Shown: positions 40,841-52,490 of the stretch, in pieces | How positions within the stretch are numbered: position 1 is the first letter of the stretch | Layout of the letters: each line of letters begins with the position of its first letter | Origin: Lepidodermella squamata | Lineage: Eukaryota > Animalia > Gastrotricha | Reading direction: 5' to 3' | Length of the DNA: 64,000 bases | Assembly: GCA_047495785.1 (NCBI GenBank) | Contig: JBLDXI010000009.1 | Location: 248,001 to 312,000, forward strand | The notes under the pieces: generated by a model | The model's database searches: none | Seen by the model: only the letters and a program-made list of their open reading frames with translations | Told to the model about the DNA's origin: nothing | Made by a program: the position numbers and the translations under genes

Positions 40841-43000
40841 CGAGCTCAGCTCCAAGTAGTCGCTGGTGACGCTGCCCAGCCGCTCGATTACATTAATTAA
40901 AAAATCAGAAATCCTGCATTTACGACAAAAGAAACAACATGTATTGTGGAGTAGGCATCTGGGCACTTAAGGTTGTTGAACTGAAATGCGAAAAGCATAT
41001 ACCGCTTTCCACGTGGAAAATGCGATTAGGCTATTTGCGCGTTATTTTACATATAGGAAGTGCGTTGAATTTCTTTACGCATATCGTAAATATTAGTAAT
41101 GCGAGCAAAGACTTACATATCAATTTTTTGAAGCTGGAAGAAGAAACGGCGACGTAATCGAATCTCGCGTGTTGATTTTTCGTCGTGTTGATGCGCTGTG
41201 TCGAGTTACAAACATGAGCAAAAGGTGACCGGACTGTCAATCATCGAATATGGCATCTAAAAGCCATCGTCGCTAGCAGCGGGAAGATGTCGCAAATAAA
41301 TAGGTAATTACCGTACACGGCTGCATCTTATTATCAGCATCCGCTCTCTTACAAATAATAAGCCTTGTTTTCCATAAAATTGCAGTGACCTAAATAAAAG
41401 GAGATGTTAGACCGGCTGGCTCTCCATTATTATTAGAAAAGGTCACACTGAACGGCGCATTTTTATATTATGATGACATCATTTTGCCACAACTTTTTGG
41501 CCAAACAACAATTTTAAGAAATGATAAAGGAGCATGAGCAAATCTGTGTGACTGGAGAAATCGAAAATTAGATAACAGCTGGGTTTTCCAAGCCGCAAAT
41601 AGTAAAATCCATTGACCGCGCGCGCAGGCGCTGATTGGCCCCAGTGGGACTTGTGAGGGGGTCGACTTCGAGGCAAATAAAGCACCTCATCACTGAGCAA
41701 TTCTACGCAAAAGCTACAAACAAATCAGCGAAAACGTGCCTTCCTCTTATAGCTATGTATCATCCTACAGTTATCAAGTCTTTTATGCTACAGCTATAAG
41801 AGATATGACAGTTTATTAAAGTTGTCTTCTCAAGTGAGACAAAGGGTGCTGGGAGTATGAAATTAGCTAATAAAGCCATCATATAGCACGTGATCTACAG
41901 TTTACATGTTGCGCTTCTGTGCCACGAAAAATGAGAAAGAACAATTGCGGCGATATTTTTGGCTTCATCATTGCACATTGCAGCGTGATTTGATTGAAAT
42001 TTTTTATTCAATCTCATTCACGCCTCGTGGCGTCGCTTCATCGTGACTCGCACGTTTCCCTGAAATGAATTTCAACAATCGGATGTTGAACTACATTTGT
42101 TGTTTTTGTGACAAAAGAGTTTTCAGCAATAATGACTACCGTAACTTTAATACCTGTGAGCGGTGGAAAAATTTGATTCCGCTTCACTGGCCTCATTGTT
42201 TCATGACAAAAAAGTGAGAAAATGCAAATAAAACGTGTTATCACATTTGTGGACAAAAGCGAAGCCTTATTATTTTTGGCGCGTAATTGAGCCACTAAGA
42301 GATGTCCGCATCATAGGCGCCCCGCAAGCACGGCTTCCCGCGTGCGACTTGAAAGCGGAGAAACACCTCAAACGGGTGTAATCCTCTTACGTTTGAAAAC
42401 CAACGCCAAGGTGCGACGCCGAGGTCGCGCCGAAAATCGATCGCGCACCACGCGCAAGTCATAAATTAAGGCGGCGACGGGCATTGATGACAGGACGCCG
42501 GGCTATAAAGGTGACATCGTGATTTCATTACTATGTTCGCATTTTAAATTTAGCCGATCTAAATTAATCGCGCACATAGAGGTCAGCGAATTTACAAGCA
42601 GATGGGAGTGAAATATTACTAATAATAAAGAAAACTCAGCAAGCGACAATGCCATTTGGCATCGCCTGTATATGGTTCGCTCGCCGTCATAGTTTTAAGA
42701 TCCATAAATGATGCATGCCACACGCGCTGCTGATCGAAGTTTCGCAAAAAGTAGCTCTGGACGCGCTTTGTTCTCCTCTGAGGAGTAATATCGCGCCGCC
42801 GACTTGATGACACACTTGGCATAGGCGTTCTTCCGACTATTGCATAGAAGCTGTGAATCCACCACGATTAAGCTATTGAAACTATATTATTGAATCAAGT
42901 GTCAAAAAGACTAAATTGAGCAGCTGAATTAATTTTATTTCACGGTGCGAATTCTAAGAGCAAAAATAAGTACGTAGGTATCAACGTATTAGTGCAAGAT

Positions 43001-45259
43001 TCAAACATCATCTATATAAAGCAACCCGTCAAATGCAGCTCCGGAGCCGAAAATGCCTATAAATACATCATCAGCCATTGACGAAGTTGACGGCCTCTCC
43101 ACCTCGTCTTTTGCGGTTGGTTCGGAACTACGCTTCATACGTGTTACCATTCTATTCAGGAACGAAGCTTTTTGGATAGTCGTTAGCGATGAAGCTGGCA
43201 ACGATAAGCGCCGTAGATAGCTCGCAGATCCATTTGCATGAGACAGCGTCAGTTGCGTTGAATTATTCGACGACGGGATGCGAAGCCGGAAACTGCCTTG
43301 ATAGCGCATTGTGCGCGAGAAAGATTCTGTTCTGATGTATTGATTCCAACGGCACAAAACTTTAGCTACTTCGTTACGAAACCGGTGCGCCGAAAGACAA
43401 AATAAGAAAAAATGAAGTGCGAAATTGGAGAACAACAGCAATCGCACTACGGTGTACAGTAACTGAAACTGGGCGACGCCACGAGGCGAAGTAAATGCAG
43501 CCGATTGTTTCAGTGGCTTTTCGGCTATGTCGAGGAAGAAAGCTGGCGTTGCGGTGAGCAGAAACTCGATTGAGGCGGCCACCATCAGCATTGTTGTTGA
43601 TCGCTGTACGATCAAGTCCGTGCTGCGCTCTTGCGTCGAATTTTCGAGCCGCGCCGCGTTCATCATTGGAAGTGAGCCTATTGTGGACCCCGTGATAGTT
43701 CCTTTCCCGCCCACGACCAGCGCCAAAATAGCCGATTGATTTGATCTTATCGAGGATCTGCAAAAAATGAGAAGGCTAATTATTTTTCGGATCTTGGTGG
43801 GTGCACGAAAATTCTAATTCACAGTTTATGAACTAATGGTAAAAATATCTGCAAACACTATGATCACCTGTTGATGAAGTCTCTTCTTTTCGAAAGCCTG
43901 CGAGCAATAGTCACGCTGGATGCTAGCATGAAGCAGAATGGCCCGATAACGTAGAGGGCGAAGGAAATGCAAGGATGAATAATCCGGTTGTAGAGCACGA
44001 GTTCCGGAGTTTCCCGCTCGTAGCATTCGCTGACAATTTTTGTCTCTACGCTAATTATAGTGCCGTTTAGATAACTGAAATCAATCAGCGGCTCGGTGTG
44101 TAGCTTTGTGACCGTTAGCGTAGACTCGGTTAGAATTATAAGGCTGTTGTTAACAATTTGCGGAAATGGCACAAATGTTATGTTCGAGCTGTATCGCCTG
44201 CCGTAAGTGATGAATATTTGGGAGTTGAACAGGGCAAAAAATATTCCAAGTCCTAAATGTTTTATATTAAACTTGAAAGCCACCAGGTAAATTCAATGAT
44301 ATTACAATTACCTAAAAATGTTCGGGCTGCGTTTCTTGGGGTCGAGATGTAATGAGCTATATAAATTTTAAAAAGCTTTGATATAATGTTTTTGACATCG
44401 CATTCAAAATGAGGGCGGAAATAACAATCGAACCGAACCTAGGTAATGCGTAGGATACTCTACTCATAAACTGTTTGATGTTGTGCTATTTCGGTACTCA
44501 GCCGGAAAAGAAATTAGCGAAATTCCAATACGAAACCTACCTTTAAAAGGGACTATAACAGCTACTAGCCGATCCGCAGAAATCAAAACGAAAGTCCATG
44601 TCCTAAATGGGATGAAGCAATTTAGGGTAAAAGAAGGAATATAGCTGGGTGTAAGACAAACGTGATGTCCATGGCGCAGTAAAGAATAAATCTATGAAAT
44701 TGGCAGATGAGGAAATGAAGCTGGCGAAAGTCGACGCCTATGGCTGTTCGAAACCAATGCCGCGGCAAACCAGTCCACAAACAGATGGTGCACATTACTG
44801 ATAGCATGGTGAACAACCAGCTGGTTGCCGTTCTATAGTCCAAGAAGAAATCGTCCAAGAATTATTGCTCAAGTATTGAAAAGCCCTATTATACCTGTCT
44901 GTGAAGGTTTTACGATGAAGAACGAGATATGTTAGCACGTTACCAACCGTGCCGACGAATAACAAAACCGGGAATAATACGACAATGATGAACCATGTTA
45001 ACTCAGATTCCCAATAGAAGACAGCTGAGCTGGAGGGTAGGCCAGCTACGGCACCTTCGTCGTCCTTTAGCAGCTCTGGCATTAGCGATCCAGAGGTTAC
45101 ATTTACCAATCGGTTTCTATGTCGCGGAGTAACTTCGATGGATGAGGCATTGATGAAATCATGCCGCCGTGCATTGGTACCAACAGCGACGGCGCTAAGT
45201 AAAACCAGGGTGAGAGAAGTTGATGAACATAATCGGCCGAAACGCGTTTGCCGCTGCAT
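43001..45259 (-). CDS. Class A peptide-type GPCR, paralogue 2 (tandem duplicate)
   Basis: Same seven TM motifs (VGTVGNVLTYLVLHRKTF, ISADRLVAV, ASIEFLLTATPAFFL, SNFALHFFLFCLSAHRFR) plus a hydrophobic N-terminal signal-peptide-like stretch LTLVLLSAVAVG. Confidence 0.87.
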
Positions 45260-46206
45260 AATGTCAGAGCCTAATCGGCAGTAAAATACGGCTAAAATTA
45301 AATTTCTGCTAACGTAAGTATTTTCGCAAAAAAATTGCGAAGTTAGGGAAACTGGGATATGGCCTCAAATAAAACTCAATCGCGGCGTTATATTGGCTAA
45401 ATTTAATTCTGGGACAACTGCGATGCACACTTCGTTGAAAAGATGGGAACAGATAATCGAATCGGCAAGAAGAGTGTCAGCTGAATAAAGAAAAGCAGAA
45501 GCTCCCAAACATAGGTCCGACTTCATCTGAGAACCTGCGGCAGAAAATTAAAGACGTCTTGGTGAATATTATTGTTTTGTCGACGCGGCAGCGTAAGTAG
45601 TGCAATCATTCATGCGAACGGGCAAAATAGTAAGTCATATGCACCATCGGCGTCTAATCGGATTTAGCCTGGATGAAAAAGCTCATGACACTGCCGCTGG
45701 TATGCGATAACCGAATTATCTATATCATAAACACGAGGCAGCATATCGGCTATCATATCGACCTATCCCAGACGAAAAGGTGCATCTTCACGAGTGCGAA
45801 AGTCCTCAGCGTTTTCGATGGGTATATATTAAACGGCATATATATCGTCGAGATACCAAGTCGAAGACATTTTACATTCACAAGATAAATCAATATCATG
45901 TCCTCATCAGGAGTTGTTGAAAAAACGAGGATGCCTCTACAGCCATATTTATTTGTCTGAAAATAAAAAAGAAGGTCATGAGACGATTCCTCTAAAACTT
46001 ATCAATTATTCATTAATTTAGTGTTCCCTCTGGTTTCATCTAGTTGCTGAAAAAAATTGAACCGGACGTCTCATGTTAAGCTCATGAGGATAATTTTATT
46101 ACCCATGCATGGACATGAGTCATGAAACAACGCAGCAGACTTTTATTTAATGAATTTACTGCCAATGCCACTCATTTTGCTATGGAAAAGTAGGAGTCGC
46201 ACAGAG

Positions 46207-48093
46207 CTAATATGATAGACATTCAGGTGAATCAGGCTGAATAACCATGCTGACTGGAAGATTCCGGCGGTAACTGGATTTGCAAACATAAGAAGCCGGG
46301 GACTTTCGCAGTATTCTCATTGGCAACGCAAACCATTTGACATCGCCCAGGTGCTTCCGTGCCTCGGCATACGTCATAACTCGAAAAATGTCCCAAGCTT
46401 CCATACAACGTGGACCCACCGATGACGCCCAGATTCCGAATTTATGACAACGAGTGCCATCGTTAAACTGAAACTCGTCTTCCTCCCATATGCACCGGCG
46501 AGGCCAGATATATTCCAGTTTCAGAGGACTAACGGCAGGTGGTGCTGTAGGAACAGCCGCAGGTGCCGGCTTTGGGCGACAAGGGCATAAACAGTTCGAC
46601 GGAGGCGGAGGCAGGTAGCACGAGCAAATCGTCGGAACTGAAGGTGGTAGATAGTAAGAGGCCAAGGCTGGCGATGCAGCCAAGTCTTGCCAATGATGAG
46701 AGCACAGAAAAATATGTCTGTTTTCAGTTTGTTGCTGTGGTATATTAGCCGGAATCGGTTTCGTTGCTAGAGCGCTAGCCTCTAAAACTGACAAAATTTT
46801 GGCAAACTGATATTCCATTTCGGTTGAAAACAAATTAAAGTTCTCCTGATGTGGTCCAAAAATCACCGACTTGCTCATTTCTCTCAGCGCATTATCAGTA
46901 GCAGCTGAATGATACTGGTTAAGCTGATCCATTGTCAACTGCCCTTGCTTGAATTCCCGTAAAAATTGACCCATCGAACTGCAGTAAGCTGCCATTATTT
47001 TTGGTTGTAGTAGCTGCAAGCTCAGATCTGCAGCTATTTCAAATACAGACCGTCCTGTAACAATTTGCTGAATATTCTGGTGATTGCTCGACTGAAAATA
47101 ATCGGCCAAAGCATTCGCGTAGTGTTCCAACTGATTGCACGTGACGTGGCACAATTGTTGAATTATCCCAACGTTGCCGGGGATTTTCTTAGCGGCAACT
47201 AGCAACTGCCCCTCGTTAGATATCAAAGAGTCCGACAAGCCACTGAGCTGTTGCTTGAACAGATCGGGCGTTAATTCAGCTTGGCATAGAGGATAGCTTT
47301 TAGTGGGCTCCTCGAAATTTTCGTCAAGGCACCTCCTCAATTCGGGCATTTGTTGCAGCCACTCGGAGAGCGATTTTGCCGTTCCAGGATTTTGGTCCTG
47401 GATGATGATTGCCAATTGCTGAAAAGGTCGAACTTCGACAAGCTGAGTAATCTGGTTCAGTGCGATTATCGAATAGCGGGAGTACTCTATCAAATGCTAC
47501 ATAGAATTAATTTGATATCAGTATAATCAAGTAATATGGCGAAGAAAAATCTTTAAAACCTGCAAATTGTCAAGGGTAATGGCGTTCAATGGCGCGGGAA
47601 CAAGACAAATCTGTAAGCTGCTAAGGGCGAGGCTAAACGCAAAAGCTTGAGCTGTGGCTGCTCTATTCGATCCATCGGCATAATCGGACGAAACCATAAG
47701 AAATATTGCAGCTCTGCCTTTCACCTCGGAAATAGGTGCTGTTGAAAGGTAGATCCCTGGGAGAACTTGCCATCCATCGAGAGCAACTTCGAACTCGTCG
47801 GCTTCATTATTACCTTGACTATCGCTGAAATTGCGGCGCAGGTTTCTGACTATATCATTAACTAGTCTAGTTTTTTCGCTCTGGAACTGGCCGGTAATTG
47901 ACACGACTACAGGAAAAGATTCAGTCCAAGCGCGGTGGCAAAATATTTCCTTCAACACTGCTCGTTGCAATTCCCATCTGCCGTCTTCAAAAAGCTCAAC
48001 TATACGCGTGAATTTTATTAGAGCCATGATATCCGAACTGGTGAAAAAGTGTTATGTATAGAGTACGTACCGTTTTGGCTCATCAAAATTCAT
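46207..48093 (-). CDS. Atlastin-derived protein with degenerate GTPase motifs and a novel C-terminal domain
   Basis: Collinear with atlastin: VVSITGQFQSEKT (G1), PGIYLS, IFLMVSSD, FAFSLALSSLQI, DNLQ|HLIEYSR (63-nt intron 47497-47559), PFQQLAIIIQD, LFKQQL, VTCNQLEHY, and three-helix-bundle-like RSVFEIAA...HSAATDNAL. The start is 48093 (needs a 33-nt intron) or 48027. Confidence 0.75.
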
Positions 48094-48830
48094 TATCCAT
48101 GGAACCCTAACCGCTGAGTTTTCGGTGCTTCGTGATGCACCGAAATGGTTTTAACGACTGGCAACCATCCAACTTTATATTTGGTACTCGGTCTAAATTT
48201 GAATGTCCATTTCACTTTTATTCATTAAGCACCTTGTGAGCTGTTTTGAAGGCTTTCACAAATGCGACTCCCCTTTTTCAACTTATTTGTTGAGGACCTG
48301 AGAAAAGACCATAAACGCATGATCGTATCTTTCCAATTTTATTTTAAAAGCATGATAGCGCCAGATAGTGTTAAATCACCTTCTTCTTTAAAATCTGCAG
48401 ACACAGATAATACAGGTACGCAGAACTTGCAAGTAAATTCCGCTCAAACTTTCGATATTAACAGAAAAACTCTGCCGCAAAGACAACACAACATGAACAA
48501 ACAACCGTTCCGGTGCAAAGAAGGGTAGTGGTTGCAGTAGAAAACTGATAAAATAACTTCAATTTTACAAATAATAACATAGGTACATTGTATCTGTGCG
48601 ATGAAAGCCTCGCGACGTCATCTCGAAAATCAACAAGAGCCGTCTTTGTCTTTGGACTGAAATCTGTAAATAGCTTATAATACATTCGTAAAAATCGTGG
48701 TTCTATCTCCGCTTCATCTCATTGTTTCAATGTACATTATCTCAAAATGAACACAAGACAGCAACCGGAATAGCTTTGAAGCAGCGAGGAGAAGGACGAG
48801 ACATATAAACACCAGAGAGACTTGGACGAA

Positions 48831-50616
48831 TCAACGCGCGCCCAGGTCGACGTCTGGCTCTGCTTCGTTGTCGTTCTGGGGATTGAAATCGTTCGACAAA
48901 TGGGCTAAATCGCCCTCAGCCGCGCGATGGTGGTCCTCAGAGCAGTACATCGAGCAGATGAGGAATGCAAGTCCACCGAGAGCCAACACGAAAGGCATGA
49001 CGAAGAGCGACAGCTCAAGGCCCATGAAGTTGCTGAAAATGTCTTCGAACTGCGATGGGGCCCATGCATCTGACAGGCCACCGATAATATACGGACTCGC
49101 GGCATCGCCCAGCAAGTGACCGAAGAACATCTGAACAGCCGAAGCGGAAGCTCTAAAAAATTCAACCGTAAATAGAAAATAAAATCAATTTTGTATGGAA
49201 AAAGTACCTCCTAGTGGGAACGACTGTGTACATGATGATGTCGATGACAAGCACCCAATTAAGGCTTAAAAACATGATTGTCAAGAATGTTAGCACCCAT
49301 CCAACCGCAGGAAGCTTGACGATGGTCAGCAGGACGAAAAACATGCACGGTGCTGCGATTATCATTCCCCAGCCACAAATGGCAGCATCGACGCTGTCTC
49401 CGAATCGGCGCCGAAGCAGGTAGGCAGCCACTGTTCCGACAAACACGCTATAAGAACAAGTATTAACCTATATATTTGGGTCACTGAAACTAAATCTTAC
49501 CCCGCAATTCCTGCTCCAACTGTAATAGCGCCGAAAATGTAAGTTATTGTGCTCTTGGACCTGAAGATTAGAGTAATAAAATAAAAAATCAAGGAGAAGG
49601 GCTCAACTTACAAAGCACTGACACCGTGGCCGGCAACTTCGTACGCTCGGAAGAAGAATATAGGGCACCAGAACGAAATGGCGCCAAGGCAAAATGCCAG
49701 GCCAACGAATCCAAGAGTCACGAAAACGAAAGATTTCACCCGCGCAAGATAGATGAGGTCTTCTTTCAGCGACGTCGCTTTCAAGTTGGTTAAACCCTCG
49801 GCTTGGCCGCGGATCGGTTCGTGCACAATGAGTATCAGCATGATGGAGAGGATGAAAATGGCGACTGGGACAGGTACAAAAGCAAATCGCCACGACCCCA
49901 ATCCTGTGGCCACAGCAGGCGCGATAATATAGGAAGCACCACAGCCGAGAGGAACAGCGACACTGTACAGTAGCAGAATCATAGTTCGAGTTGGGCCCGT
50001 AAATATATCGGAAATCACGGTAGGGCACAACGCGGCTGAAAAAAATAGGAAAATCTTAATGAAACGGCTTATTGGGAGCATGATTAACAAACCATAGCTA
50101 GCTTCGCCGACGCCAATCAGCGATCTGAGTAGAAGGAAAACGCCAAATAAATTAGTTGGCACTGCAGCAGCACAAGCCGATATAATAGCCCAGATGACCA
50201 AGCCAAAGGTCATGAGGCGTATCCGGTTATACCGGTCACCCAGATATCCAAAAACCGGCGCAGCCACCCTAAAATTAGAATTTTGTTATACTTATATGCT
50301 AAACTATTACTGTTTCATTTGCGTACATGTAGGAAGCGAAGAAACACGTTTGCAGCAGGCCCGACATGCTGTCATCGACGCCGAACTTCTTCTGAATATC
50401 ATCGAGGATCGAAGCGCAGACGAAACGGTCGACGTAGTTGAAAAAATTGATAAGGAAGAAAATGGTGACAGTAATGATGCGCCGGATACCGAAGCGCCGA
50501 GCCGACAGGACGACTGACCGATAGGTGGCTGTCACGAAATTTGGCCGAGAGCCACCCGTTGCATCGCCGCCCAGCACCAACACGTCGTCATCTTCGGCGC
50601 TCATGCGCGAAGCCAT
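48831..50616 (-). CDS. SPNS1: Spinster-family MFS lysosomal lipid transporter, multi-exon
   Basis: FFLINFFNYVDRF, SGLLQTCF, APVFGYLGDRYNR, RSLIGVGEASY, PTVISDIF, HLLGDAASPYIIG: spinster signature motifs in an MFS topology. Confidence 0.92.
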
Positions 50617-50948
50617 GTCAAATCAATATTGAAAATTACAAAATATCATCTCTAAATAAAACAAAATTTGATAACAGTTTTTCTTTGCTAAAAAACTTGT
50701 CGAGACAATCCAAGAAAAATGAACATTGCTGTTGAAGAATTCTTGTTGTTGCTTATGCGTACATAGAAGGACATGATAACGTGGACGATTAAGAAAGAGA
50801 CAACAATAATAATGATAATACGATCATTGTTCGCGCTAAGGCGACTGAGCAGACGGCATGCGTTTTGAATGTTAGATATGGATTGCTTCAACTATCAAAA
50901 TGGCGTAATCATAATAATTTAACGTAGATGCAAGTCATCTCTCTCGGA

Positions 50949-52459
50949 TCACTTCGGAGGCTGGAAATGAGGAGGAGGGTGGAACATGCCCGGCGGCGGC
51001 GCGAACATGAAAGGCCGCGCCGCTGCGCTCATGTCGGCGTGTTGCTGCTGCTGCTGGTGAGCCTGGTTCGCCAGGGCGCTCATAGCTGCGGCTAACGGAT
51101 TCTGAGACAGGCCCTGGTTCGAAGCCGAACTAGACGGCGTGGAAGCGCCACTGCCGCTAACGGAAGCGACCAACTGCTGCTGTAAAGCCGGCGGCAGCGA
51201 TGACATGAACATCGGGTTCGCCATGTGGGGCGGCAACCCGCCCGGGTGATGCATAGCGCCCGGCGGTGGGCCCAAGATGGGAGACGGCGCTGGTGGATAG
51301 CCGAGAAACATCGCGGCAACTTGCTGCTGCTGCTGTTGCTGTTGACTGTGGGGCGAACTTGACGGCTGAGGAATCGGCCACGGGCTCATCGGAGGGGGCG
51401 GTGGCAGTTGTTGTTGCTGCTGCTGTTGCTGTTGCATCTGAGACTGTTGTTGAGCCTGCTGCTGAGAAGACGCATTGGACGAAGCCGGTGTCTGTGGTCG
51501 GCTGTTTTGTTGCGCCTGTTGAGCGGCAACCTGGGCGGCCAAAGTAGCAGCAACCATCTGAATTTGGAATATCTGGTGGTGCAGCAGGTCGCTAGACATC
51601 GGATTAGCACCAGACATCGGCGATTGCATCGACATCGGCATCTGGAAGCCGCCGCCCGAGCTGCCTGGCATGCCGAGGCCAGGTGGGAACATGGAGCCCT
51701 GGCCGGGGGTAGGTACAGCGCTGGGCGGAGCGAATGGATCGGGTGTTTGCGTCGGCATCATTGGCGTATGAGAAGGCGTTGGTCCCAACGGCCCGGAGCC
51801 GCCCGTTGCTGGCTGAGGTGAGGCGGATGGTGACGAGGCGGGTGAGATCGGTTCGAAAACTGAGACCGGGCCAGAAGGCTGTTTCTGTGGTGGCTGATTG
51901 CTAGCTGAGGTCGATGGAAATGACATGGACGAACTCGAGGCAGACAGCGACGAAGAAGGACCAGCGCCGAAAGCAGCTGAAAAAAGATTACAGCTCTTAT
52001 ATCAAGTTAACTGACAGCCCTACACTCCTTAATTTCTAATTCAATTTGTCAATCATAGACAAATAATAAGAGACGGGACACTCAAGCCATTTCAATACTG
52101 CCGAAATTATTCAAATTTTCCATTTAAAATTCCTCCTTTAGCATATTTTCAAAGAAATTTTCAGAAATTTTCGAATTTCAGCCCTTTCTTTATCCTGCCA
52201 TTGCAACGATAGTTATCATTTGTCTATGATGTCGATAATAGTTGTCTTTTTTGTTTTTTTCAGGTCAAATCAAGTATTGTTGAAAACTAAGGAAATTACA
52301 TGGCATATTGGACATAGAAAATGATCGTTGACTGCTAGACGACGGCTGATTTTGTTGCTGCTGTTGTTGTTGTTGCATTTGTTGCAATTGTTGCATCTGC
52401 TGTATTTGCTGCATTTGTTGATGTTGCTGATTTTGAAATTGCTGTTGTTGTTGTTGTTG

Positions 52460-52490
<31 letters not shown>

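Noticed and set aside
42300-42830. GC-rich patch with TATAAAG and a 67-aa minus-strand ORF between the GPCRs
   Set aside because: May be regulatory or a 5' exon, but no supportable gene model.
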